Assembly: GCA_030390025.1 (NCBI GenBank)
Contig: CM059431.1
Location: 136,650,001-136,714,000, forward strand
Direction: 5' to 3'
Source of the DNA: Squalus acanthias
Taxonomy: Eukaryota
DNA: 64,000 nucleotides
Made by a program: the position numbers and the translations under genes. The notes under the pieces were generated by a model. That model saw only the letters and a program-made list of their open reading frames with translations, was not told the DNA's origin and made no database searches. Positions 15,001-28,168 of the stretch are shown here, one piece after another. How positions within the stretch are numbered: the first letter of the stretch is position 1; each line of letters begins with the position of its first letter.

Positions 15001-18000
15001 TACCCATCTCTGTACGGCCCCATCCTATTACCCATCTCTGTACGGCCCCATCCTATTACCCATCTCTGTACGGCCCCATCCTATTACCCATCTCTGTACG
15101 GCCCCATCCTATTACCCATCTCTGTACGGCCCCATCCTATTACCCATCTCTGTACGGCCCCATCCTATTACCCATCTCTGTACGGCCCCATCCTATTACC
15201 CATCTCTGTACAGCCCCATCCTATTACCCATCTCTGTACGGCCCCATCCTATTACCCATCTCTGTACGGCCCCATCCTATTACCTTCTCTGTACGGCCCC
15301 ATCCTATTACCCATCTCTGTACGGCCCCATCCTATTACCCATCTCTGTAGGGCCCCATCCTATTACCCATCTCTGTACGGCCCCATCCTATTACCCATCT
15401 CTGTACGGCCCCATCCTATTACCCATCTCTGTACGGCCCCATCCTATTACCCATCTCTGTACGGCCCCATCCTATTACCATCTCTGTATGGCCCCATCCT
15501 ATTACCCATTATCTGTATGCCCCTTCCTATTACCCATCTCTGTAAGGCTCCATCCTATTACCCATCTCTGTACGGCCCCATCCTATCACACATCTCTGTA
15601 TGGCCCCATCCTATTACCCATCTCTGTACGGCCCCATCCTATCACACATCTCTGTAAGGCCTCATCCTATTACCCATCTCTGTAAGGCTCCATCCTATTA
15701 CCCATCTCTGTACGGCCCCATCCTATTACCCATCTCTGTACGGCCCCATCCTATTACCCATCTATGTACGGCTCCTTCCTATTACCTATCTCTGTACGGT
15801 GCCATCCTATTACCCATCTCTGTACGGCCCCATCCTATTACCCATCTCTGTACGGCCCCATCCTATTACCCATCTGTGTACGGCCCCATCCTATTACCCA
15901 TCTCTGTACGGTCCCATCCTATTATCCATCTCTGTACAGCCCCCTCCTGTTACCAATCTATCCAGTGCCCCATCCTATCACCCATATCTGTACGGCCCCA
16001 TCCTATTACCCATCTCTGTACGGCCCCATTCTATTACCCATCTCTGTAAGGCTCCATCCTATTACCCATCTATGTATGGCCCCATCCTATCACACATCTC
16101 TGTACGGCCCCATCCTATTACCCATCTCTGTACGGACCCATCCTATTACACATCTGTGTACGGCCCCATACTATTACCCATCTCTGTACGGTCCCATCCT
16201 ATTATCCATCTCTGTACAGCCCCTTCCTATTACCCATCTTTGTACGCCCCTTCCTATTACCCATCTATGTACGGCCCCATCCTACTACCCATCTCTGTAC
16301 GGCCCCATCCTATTACCCCTCTCTGTACGGCCCCATCCTATTACCCATCTCTGTACGGCCCCATCCTATCACCCATCTCTGTACGGCCCCATCCTATTAC
16401 CCATCTCTGTACGGCCCCATCCTATCACCCATATCTGTACGGCCCCATCCTATTACACATCTCTGTACGGCCCCATCCTATTACCAATCTCGGTATGGCG
16501 CCATCCTATTACCCATCTCTGCCCGGCGCTATCCTATTTCCCATCGCTGTATGTCCCCATTCTATTACCCATCTCTGCCTGGCCCAATCCTATCACCCAT
16601 CTCTGTACGGCCCCATCCTATTACCAATCTCTGTACGGCCCAATCCTATTACCCATCTCTGTACGGCCCCATCCTATTACCCATCTCTGTACGGCCCAAT
16701 CCTATTACCATTCTCTGTAAGGCCCATCCTATTACCAATCTCTGTATGGCCCCATCATATTACCCATCTCTGTACGGCCCCATCCTACCACCCATCTCTG
16801 TATGGCCCGATCCTATTACCCATCTCTGTACGGCCCCATCCTTTTACCCATCTCTGTACGGCCCCATCCTATTACCCATCTCTGTACGGTCCCATTCTAT
16901 TACCCATTCTTTGGGACCCATCCTATTACCCTTCTCTGTACTGCCCCATCCTATTACCAATTTCTATACGGTCTCATCCAATTACCCATCTCTGTACGGC
17001 CCCATCCTATTACCCTTCTCTTTGGGACCCATCCTGTTACCCATCTCTGTACGGCCCCATTCTGTTACCCATCTCTGTACGGCCCCATCCTATTACCCAT
17101 CTCTGTACGGCCCCATCCTATTACCCATCTCTTTGGGCCCCATCCTATTACCCACCTCTGTACGGCCCCATCCTATTACCCTTCATTGTACGGCTCCATC
17201 CTATTGCCCATCTCTGTGCTTCCCCATCCTATTACCCCTCTATGTACGCCCCATCCTATCACCCATCTCTGTACGCCCCATCCTATTATCCATCTCTGTA
17301 CGGCCCCATCCTATTACCCATCTCTGTATAGCCCCTTCCTATTACCCATCTCTGTATGGCCCCATGCTATTACCCATCTCTTTACGGCCCCATCCTATTA
17401 CCCATCTCTGTACGCCCCATCCTATTACCCATCTCTGTACGGTCCCATCCTATTACCCATCTTTGTACGGCCCCATCCTATTACCCATCTCTGTACGGCC
17501 CCATCCTGTTACCCATCTCTGTACGCCCCTTCCTATTACCCATCTCTGTACGGCCCCCTCCTATCACCCATCTCTCTACGGCCCCATCCTATTACCCAAA
17601 TCTGTGCTGCCCCATCCTATTACCCATCTCTGTGCTGCCCATCCTATTACCCATCTCTGTACAGCCCCCTCCTGTTACCAATCTCTCCAGTGCCCCATCC
17701 TATAACCCTTCTCTGTATGGCACCTTCCTATTACCCATCTCTGTACGGCCCCATCCTATTACCCATCGCTGTCTGGCCCCATCCTATTACCCATCTCTGT
17801 ACGGCCCCATCCTATTACCCATCTCTGTACGGCCCCATTCTATTACCCATCTCTGTATGCCCCATCCTATTACCCATCTCTGTAAGGCTCCATCCTATTA
17901 CCCATCTCTGTACGGCCCCATCCTATCACACATCTCTGTACGGCCCCATCCTATTACCCATCTCTGTACGGCCCCATCCTATTACCCATCTGTGTACGGC

Positions 18001-21000
18001 CCCATCCTATTACCCATCTCTGTACGGTCCCATCCTATTATCCATCTCTGTACAGCCCCCTCCTGTTACCAATCTCTCAAGTGCCCCATCCTATAACCCT
18101 TCTCTGTATGGCACCTTCCTATTACCCATCTCTGTACGGCCCCATCCTATTACCCATCGCTGTCTGGCCCCATCCTATTACCCATCTCTGTACGGCCCCA
18201 TCCTCTTACCCATCTCTGTACGGCCCCATTCTATTACCCATCTCTGTATGCCCCATCCTATTACCCATCTCTGTAAGGCTCCATCCTATTACCCATCTCT
18301 GTACGGCCCCATCCTATCACCCATCTCTGTACGTTCCCATCCTATTACCCATCTTTGTATGCCCCATCCTATTACTCATCTCTGTACGGCCCCATCCTAT
18401 TACCCATCTATGTACGGCCCCATCCTATTACCCATCTCTGTACGGCCCCATCCTATTACCCATCTCTGTACGGCCCCATCCTATTACCCATCTCTGTACG
18501 GCCACATCCTATTACCCATCTCTGTACAGCTCCATCCTATTACCCAAATTCTATATAGCCCCATCCTATTACTCATCTCTGTAAGGCCCCATCCTTTTAC
18601 CAAACTCTGTACGGCCCCATCCTATTACCCATCTCTGTACGGCCCCATCCTATTACCCATCTCTGTACGGCCCCATCCTATTACCCATCTCTGCCCGGCC
18701 CCATCCTATTACCCATTTCTGTATGCCCGATCCTATTACCCATCTCTGTACGGCCCCATCCTATTACCCATCTCTGTACGGCCCCATCCTATCACCCATC
18801 TCTGTACGGCCCCATCCTATTACCCATCTCTGTACGGCCCCATCCTATTACCGATCTCTGTACAGCCCCATCCTATCACCCATCTCTGTACGGCCCCATC
18901 CTATTATCCATCTCTGTACAGCCCCTTCCTATTACCCATCTTTGTACGCCCCATCCTATTACCCATCTCTGTAAGGCCCCATCCTGTTACCAATCTCTTT
19001 ACTGCCCCATCCTATTACCCATCTCTGTACAGCCCCATCCTATTACCCATGTCTGTACGGCCCCATTCTATTACCCATCTCTGTACGGCCCCATCCTATT
19101 ACCCATCTCTGTACGGCCACATCCTATTACCCATCTCTTTGGACCTCATCCTATCACCCATCTCTGTACGGCCCCATCCTATTACCCATCTCTGTACGGC
19201 CCCATCCTATTACCCATCTCTGTACGGCCACATCCTATTACCCATCTCTTTGGACCTCATCCTATCACCCATCTCTGTACGGCCCCATCCTATTACCCAT
19301 CTCTGTACGGTCCCATCCTATTATCCATCTCTGTACAGCCCCTTCCTGTTACCCATCTTTGTACGCCCCTTCCTATTACCCATCTCAGTACGGCCCCATC
19401 CTATTACCCATCTCTGTACGGCTCCATCCTATTACCCAACTCTGTACGGCCCCATCCGATTAGACATCTCTGTATGGCCCCATCCTATTACCCATCTCTG
19501 TACGGCCACATCCTATTACCCATCTCTGTACGGCTCCATCCTATTACCCAAATTCTATATAGCCCCATCCTATTACCCATCTCGGTATGGCGCCATCCTA
19601 TTACCCATCTCTGTACGGCCCCATCCTATTACCCATCTCTGTACGGCCCCATCCTATTACCCATCTCTGTACGGCCCCATCCTATTACCCATCTCTGTAA
19701 GGCCCCATCCTATTACCCATCTCTGTACGGTCCCATCCTATTACCCATCTTTGTACGGCCCCATCCTATTACCCATCTCTGTACGGCCCCATCCTGTTAC
19801 CCATCTCTGTACGCCCCTTCCTATTACCCATCTCTGTACGGCCCCCTCCTATCACCCATCTCTGTACGGCCCCATCCTATTACCCATCTGTGTACGGCCC
19901 CATCCTATTACCCATCTCTGTACGGTCCCATCCTATTACCAAACTCTGTACTGCCCCATCCTGTTACCCATCTCTGTACAGCCCCATCCTATTACCCATC
20001 TCAGTACGGCCCCATCCTATTACCCATCTCTGTACGGCTCCATCCTATTACCCAACTCTGTACGGCCCCATCCGATTAGACATCTCTGTATGGCCCCATC
20101 CTATTACCCATCTCTGTACGGCCACATCCTATTACCCATCTCTGTACGGCTCCATCCTATTACCCAAATTCTATATAGCCCCATCCTATTACCCATCTCG
20201 GTATGGCGCCATCCTATTACCCATCTCTGTACGGCCCCATCCTATTACCCATCTCTGTACGGCCCCATCCTATTACCCATCTCTGTACGGCCCCATCCTA
20301 TTACCCATCTCTGTAAGGCCCCATCCTATTACCCATCTCTGTACGGTCCCATCCTATTACCCATCTTTGTACGGCCCCATCCTATTACCCATCTCTGTAC
20401 GGCCCCATCCTGTTACCCATCTCTGTACGCCCCTTCCTATTACCCATCTCTGTACGGCCCCCTCCTATCACCCATCTCTGTACGGCCCCATCCTATTACC
20501 CATCTGTGTACGGCCCCATCCTATTACCCATCTCTGTACGGTCCCATCCTATTATCCATCTCTGTACAGCCCCATCCTATTACCCATCTCTGTACGGTCC
20601 CATCCTATTACCCATCTTTGTACGCCCCTTCCTATTACCCATCTATGTAAGGCTCCATCCTATTACCCATCTCTGTACGGCCCCATCCTATCACACATCT
20701 CTGTACGGCCCCATCCTATTACCCATCTCTGGACGGCCCCATCCTATTACCCATCTGTGTACGGCCCCATCCTATTACCCATCTCTGTACGGTCCCATCC
20801 TATTATCCATCTCTGTACAGCCCCTTCCTATTACCCATCTTTGTACGGCCCCATCCTATTACCCATCTGTGTACGGCCCCATCCTATTACCCATCTCTGG
20901 ACGGCCCCATCCTATTACCCATCTGTGTACGGCCCCTTCCTATTACCCATCTATGTATGGCCCATCCTATTACCCATCTCTGTACAGCCCCATCCTATTA

Positions 21001-23792
21001 CCCATGTATGTACGGCCCCATCCTATTACCCATCTATGTAAGGCCCCATCCTATTACCAAACTCTGTACAGCCCCATCCTATTACCCATGTATGTACGGC
21101 CCCATCCTATAACCCATCTCTGTACGGCCCCATCCTATTACCCATCTCAGTACGGCCCCATCCTATTACCCATCTCTGTATGGCCCCATCCTATTACACA
21201 TCTTTGTACGGCCCCATCCTATTACCCATCTCTGTACGGCCACATCCTATTATCCATCTCTGTACGGCTCCATCCTATTACCCAAATTCTATATAGCCCC
21301 ATCCTATTACCCATCTCGGTATGGCGCCATCCTATTACCCATCTCTGCCCGGCCCCATCCTATTACCCATTTCTCTATGCCCGATCCTATTACCCATCTC
21401 TGTAAGGCCCCATCCTATTACCAATCTCTGTACTGCCCCATCCTATTACCCATCTCTGTACAGCCCCATCCTATTACCAAACTCTGTACTGCCCCATCCT
21501 GTTACCCATCTCTGTACAGCCCCATCCTATTACCCATGTATGTTAGGCCCCATCCTATTACCCATCTCTGTACGGTCCCATCCTATTACCCATCTCAGTA
21601 CGGCCCCATCCTATTACCCATCTCTGTACGGCCCCATCCTATTAGACATCTCTGTACGTCCCCATCCTATTACCCATCTCTGTACGGCGACATCCTATTA
21701 CCCATCTCTGTACGGCTCCATCCTATTACCCAAATTCTATGTAGCCCCATCCTATTACCCATCTCGGTATGGCGCCATCCTATTACCCATCTCTGTATGG
21801 CCCCATCCTATTACCCATCTCTGTACGGCCCCATCCTTTTACCCATCTCTGTACGGCCCCTTCCTATTACCCATCTTTGTACGCCCCTTCCTATTACCCA
21901 TCTCTGTACGGCCCCATCCTATTACCCATCTCTGTACGGCCCCATCCTATTACCCATCTCTGTACGGCTCCATCCTATTAACCAAATTCTATATAGCCCC
22001 ATCCTATTACCCATCTCGGCATGGCGCCATCCTATTACCCATCTCTGCCCAGCGCTATCCTATTTCCCATCTCTGTATGTCCCCATCCTATCACCCATCT
22101 CTGTAAGGCCCCATCCTATTACCATTCTCTGTACGGCCCCATCCTATTACCGCTCTCTGTACGCCCCATCCTATTACCCATCTCTGTACGCCCCATCCTA
22201 TTATCCATCTCTGTACGGCATCATCCTATTACCCAACTCTGCACGGCCCCTTCCTATTACCTATCTCTGTACTACCCATACTATTACCCATCTCTTTACG
22301 GGCCCATCCTATTACCCATCTCTGTACGGTCCCATCCTACTACCCATTTCTCTACGGTCCCATCCTATTACCCATCGATGTCTGGCCCCATCCTATTACT
22401 CATCTCTGTACGGCCCCATCCAATTACCCATCTCTGTACTGCCCCATCCTATTACCCATTTCTGTATGCCCCATCCTATTACCCATCTCTGTACGGCCCC
22501 ATCCTATTACCCATCTCTGTAAGGCCCCATCCTATTACCAAACTCTGTACTGCCCCATCCTATTACCCATGTATGTTAGGCCCCATCCTATTCCCCATCT
22601 CTGTACGGTCCCATCCTATTACCCATCTCAGTACGGCCCCATCCTATTACCCATGTCTGTACGGCCCCATCCTATTACCCATCTCTGTACGGCCCCATCC
22701 TATTACCAATCTCTGCACGGCCACATCCTATTACCCATCTCTGTACGGCTCCATCCTATTACCCAAATTCTGTACAGCCCCATCCTATTACCCATCTCTG
22801 CCCGGCGCTATCCTATTTCCCATCTCTGTATGTCCCCATTCAATTACCAATCTCTGCCTGGCCCTATCCTATCACCCATCTCTGTACGGCCCCATCCTAT
22901 TACAAATCTCTGTACGGCCCCATCCTTTCACCCATCTCTGTACGTCCCCATCCTATTACCCATCTCTGTACGGCCCAATCCTATTACCAATCTCTGTAAG
23001 GCCCATCCTATTACCAATCTCTGTATGGCCCAATCATATTACCCATCTCTGTACGGCCCCATCCTATTACCCATCTATATACGGCCCCATCCTATCACCC
23101 ATCTCTGTATGGCCCGATCCGATTACCCATCTCTGTCCGGCCCCATCCTATTACCCATCTCTGTACGGCCCCATCCTATTACCCATCTCTGTACGGTCCC
23201 ATCCTATTACCCATCTCTTTGGGCCCCATCCTATTACCCTTCTCTGTACTGCCCCATCCTATTACCAATCTATGTACCGTCTCATCCAATTACCCATCTC
23301 TGTACTGCCCCATCCTATTACCAATCTCTGTACGGTCCCATCCTATTACCCATCTCTGTACGGCCCCATTCTGTTACCCATCTCTGTATGGCCCCATCCT
23401 ATTACCCATCTCTGTACGGCCCCATCCTATTACCCATCTCAGTGGGCCCCATCCTATTACCCACCTCTGTACGGCCCCATCCTATTACCCTTCATTATAC
23501 GTCTCCATCCTATTACCCATCTCCATAAGGCCCCATCCTATTACCCTTCATTGTATGGCTCCATCCTATTGCCCATCTCTGTGCTTCCCCATCCTATTAC
23601 CCCTCTTTGTACGCCCCATCCTATCATCCATCTCTGTACGCCACATCCTATTATCCATCTCTGTACGGCCCCATCCTATTACCCATCTCTGTATGGCCCC
23701 ATACTATTACCCATCTCTTTACGGCCCCATCCTATTACCCATCTCTGTACGCCCCATCATATTTCCCATCTCTTTACGGTCCCATCCTATTA
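1..23792. repeat. 28-bp tandem satellite, block 1 (open at window start)
   Basis: Head-to-tail copies of CCCATCTCTGTACGGCCCCATCCTATTA with point variants and occasional 27-bp units; C-rich plus strand, G-rich minus strand. Confidence 0.99.
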
Positions 23793-24810
23793 ACACAGAA
23801 ACATAGAAACATAGAAAATAGGTACAGGAGTAGACCATTCGGTCCTTCGAGCCTGCACCGCCATTCAATGCGTTCATGGCTGAACATGCTACCTCAGTAC
23901 CCCATTCCTGCTTTCTCGCCATACCCCTTGATCCCCTTAGTTGTGAGTGTTATATCTAACTCCCTTTTGAATATATTTAGCGAACTGGCCTCAACAACCT
24001 TCTGTGGAAGAGAATTCCATAGATTCACCACTCTCTGGGTGAAGAAGTTCCTCCTCAGCTCAGTCCTAAATGGCTTCCCCTTAATCCTTAGACTGTGACC
24101 CCTGGTTCTAGTTTTCCCTACCATTGGGAACATTCTGCCCGCATCTAAGTTGTCTAAACCAGTCAGGATTTTAAATGTCTCTATAAGATCCCCCCTCATT
24201 CTTCTGAACTCCAGAGGATACAAGTTCAGTTGACCCAATCTTTCTTGATATGTCTGTCCGGCCATCCCAGGAATCAATCTAGTGAACCTTCGCTGCACTC
24301 CCTCAATAGCAAGAATGTCCTTCCTTAAGTTAGGAGACCAAAACTGCGCACAATACTCCAGGTGTGGCCTCACCAAGGCCCTGTACAACTGTAGCATCAC
24401 CTCCCTACTCCTGTACTCAAATCCCCTTGCTATGAAGGCCATCATTCCGTTTGCTTTTTTGACTGCCTGCAGCACTTGCATTCCCACCTTCAGTGACTGA
24501 TGTACCATGACGCCCAGGTCTCGTTGCACGTCCCCTTTCCCTAATCTGCCACCATTCAGGTAATAGTCCGCCTCTCTCTTTTTACCACCAAAGTGGATAA
24601 CCTCACATTTATCCACATTGTACTTCATCTGCCATACATTTGCCCATTCACCCAACCTGTCCAAGTCACTCTGTAGCCTCCTAGCATCCTCCTCATTGTT
24701 TACACTGCCTCCCAATTTAGTGTCATCCGCAAATTTGGAGATATTACATTTAATCCCTTCGTCCAAATCATTAATATATAATGTAAACAGCTGGGGTCCC
24801 AGCACCGAAC
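23793..24810 (-). mobile_element. 5'-truncated CR1-clade LINE (3' half of RT plus 3' UTR and tail), copy 1
   Basis: Minus ORF 23894-24805 has LGPQLF, KFADDTKL, RDLGV, LVRPHLEYC, RRMRGDLIETFK and TRGH motifs; (TTTCTATG)n tail at the left end, seen as acatagaa repeats at 23793-23817. Confidence 0.96.
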
Positions 24811-27150
24811 CCCATCTCTGTACGGTCCCATCCTATTACCCATCTTTGTACGCCTCTTCCTATTACCAATCTCTGTACTGCCCCATCCTATTACCCATCT
24901 CTGTACGGCCCCATCCTATTACCAATCTCTGCACGGCCACATCCTATTATGCATCTCTGTACGCCCCATCATATTACCCATCTCTGTACGGTCCCATCTT
25001 AGTACCCATCTCTGTACGGTCCCATCCTATTACCCATCTCTGTACGGCCCCCTCCTACTACCCATCTCTCTACGGCCCCATGCTATTACCCATCTCTGTA
25101 TGGCCCCATCCTATTACCCATCTCTGTGCTGCCCCATCCTATTACCCATCTCTGTGCTGCCCATCCTATTACCCATCTCTGTACAGCCCCCTCCTATTAC
25201 CAATCTCTCTAGTGCCCCATCCTATAACCCTTCTCTGTATGGCCCCTTCCTATTACCCATCTCTGTATGGCTCCATCCTATTCCCCATCTCTGTACGTCC
25301 CATTCCCATTACCCATCTCGCTAGTGCCCCATCCTATAACCCTTCTCTGTATGGCCCCTTCCTATTACCCATCTCTGCACGGCGCCATCCTATTGCACAT
25401 CTCTGTACGGCCCCATCCTACTACCCATCTCTGTACGGCCCCATCCTATTACCCATCTCTTCACTGCCCCATCCTATTACCCATCTCTGTACAGCCCCAT
25501 CCTATTACACATCTCTGTCCGACCCCATCCTATGACCCATCTCTGTACGGTCCCATCCTATTACCCATGTCTGTACGGCCCCATCCTATTACCCATCTCT
25601 GTACGGCCCCATCCTATTACCCATGTATGTACGGCCCCATCCTATTACCCAAATTCTGTACAGCCCCATCCTATTACCCATCTCTGTACGGCCCCTTCCT
25701 ATTACCCATCTTTGTACGGCCCCATCCTATTACCCATGTATGTACGGCCCCATCCTATTACCCAAATTCTGTACAGCCCCATCCTATTACCCATCTCTGT
25801 AAGGCCCCATCCTATTACCAATCTCTGTACTGCCCCATCCTATTACCCATCTCTGTACAGCCCCATCCTATTACCCATGTCTGTACGGCCCCATCCTATC
25901 ACCCATCTCTGTAAGGCCCCATCCTATTACCATTCTCTGTACGGCCCCATCCTATTACCCCTCTCTGTACGCCCCATCCTATTACCCATCTCTGTACGCC
26001 CCATCCTATTATCCATCTCTGTACGGCATCATCCTATTACCCATTTCTGCACGGCCCCTTCCTATTACCTATCTCTGTACGCCCCATACTATTACCCATC
26101 TCTTTACGGCCCCATCCTATTACCCATCTCTGTACGGTCCCATCCTACTACCCATTTCTGTACAGTCCCATCCTATTTCCCATCGCTGTCTGGCCCCATC
26201 CTATTACTCATCTCTGTACGGCCCCATCCTATTACCCATCTCTGTACTGCCCTATCCTATTACCCATTTCTGTATGCCCCATCCTATTACCCATCTCTGT
26301 ACGGCCCCATCCTATTACCCATCTCTGTACGGCCCCATCCTTTCACCCATCTCTGTACGGCCCCATCCTATTACCCATCTCTGTACGTCCACATCCTATT
26401 ACCCATCTCTGTACGGCCCCATCCTATTACCCATCTCTGTACGGCCCCATCCTTTCACCCATCTCTGTACGGCCCCATCCTATTACCCATCTCTGTACGT
26501 CCACATCCTATTACCCATCTCTGTACGGTCCCATCCTATTACCCATATTTGTACGCCCCTTCCTATTACCCATCTCTGTGCTTCCCCATCCTATTACCCC
26601 TCTTTGTACGCCCCATCCTATCATCCATCTCTGTACGCCACATCCTATTATCCATCTCTGTACGGCCCCATCCTATTACCCATCTCTGTATGGCCCCATA
26701 CTATTACCCATCTCTGTACGGCCCCATTCTGTTACCCATCTCCGTATGGCCCCATCCTATTACCCATCTCTGTACGGCCCCATCCTATTACCCATCTCAG
26801 TGGGCCCCATCCTATTACCCACCTCTGTACGGCCCCATCCTATTACCCTTCATTATACGTCTCCATCCTATTACCCATCTCCATAAGGCCCCATCCTATT
26901 ACCCTTCATTGTATGGCTCCATCCTATTGCCCATCTCTGTGCTTCCCCATCCTATTACCCCTCTTTGTACGCCCCATCCTATCATCCATCTCTGTACGCC
27001 ACATCCTATTATCCATCTCTGTACGGCCCCATCCTATTACCCATCTCTGTATGGCCCCATACTATTACCCATCTCTTTACGGCCCCATCCTATTACCCAT
27101 CTCTGTACGCCCCATCATATTTCCCATCTCTTTACGGTCCCATCCTATTA
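24811..27150. repeat. 28-bp satellite, block 2
   Basis: Same monomer, more diverged, between the two truncated CR1 copies. Confidence 0.98.
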
Positions 27151-28168
27151 ACACAGAAACATAGAAACATAGAAAATAGGTACAGGAGTAGACCATTCGG
27201 TCCTTCGAGCCTGCACCGCCATTCAATGCGTTCATGGCTGAACATGCTACCTCAGTACCCCATTCCTGCTTTCTCGCCATACCCCTTGATCCCCTTAGTT
27301 GTGAGTGTTATATCTAACTCCCTTTTGAATATATTTAGCGAACTGGCCTCAACAACCTTCTGTGGAAGAGAATTCCATAGATTCACCACTCTCTGGGTGA
27401 AGAAGTTCCTCCTCAGCTCAGTCCTAAATGGCTTCCCCTTAATCCTTAGACTGTGACCCCTGGTTCTAGTTTTCCCTACCATTGGGAACATTCTGCCCGC
27501 ATCTAAGTTGTCTAAACCAGTCAGGATTTTAAATGTCTCTATAAGATCCCCCCTCATTCTTCTGAACTCCAGAGGATACAAGTTCAGTTGACCCAATCTT
27601 TCTTGATATGTCTGTCCGGCCATCCCAGGAATCAATCTAGTGAACCTTCGCTGCACTCCCTCAATAGCAAGAATGTCCTTCCTTAAGTTAGGAGACCAAA
27701 ACTGCGCACAATACTCCAGGTGTGGCCTCACCAAGGCCCTGTACAACTGTAGCATCACCTCCCTACTCCTGTACTCAAATCCCCTTGCTATGAAGGCCAT
27801 CATTCCGTTTGCTTTTTTGACTGCCTGCAGCACTTGCATTCCCACCTTCAGTGACTGATGTACCATGACGCCCAGGTCTCGTTGCACGTCCCCTTTCCCT
27901 AATCTGCCACCATTCAGGTAATAGTCCGCCTCTCTCTTTTTACCACCAAAGTGGATAACCTCACATTTATCCACATTGTACTTCATCTGCCATACATTTG
28001 CCCATTCACCCAACCTGTCCAAGTCACTCTGTAGCCTCCTAGCATCCTCCTCATTGTTTACACTGCCTCCCAATTTAGTGTCATCCGCAAATTTGGAGAT
28101 ATTACATTTAATCCCTTCGTCCAAATCATTAATATATAATGTAAACAGCTGGGGTCCCAGCACCGAAC
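27151..28168 (-). mobile_element. 5'-truncated CR1-clade LINE, copy 2 (duplicate of copy 1)
   Basis: Identical 303-aa translation (27252-28163), same tail and same 5' truncation junction as copy 1; offset 3358 bp. Confidence 0.96.

Noticed and set aside
24770..24815. Truncated CR1 breaks at its SVLGPQLF motif, the motif proposed as the satellite source
   Set aside because: The CR1 is antisense to the monomer's RT sense, so homology cannot explain the junction; only a short CCC microhomology is visible. Treated as coincidence.
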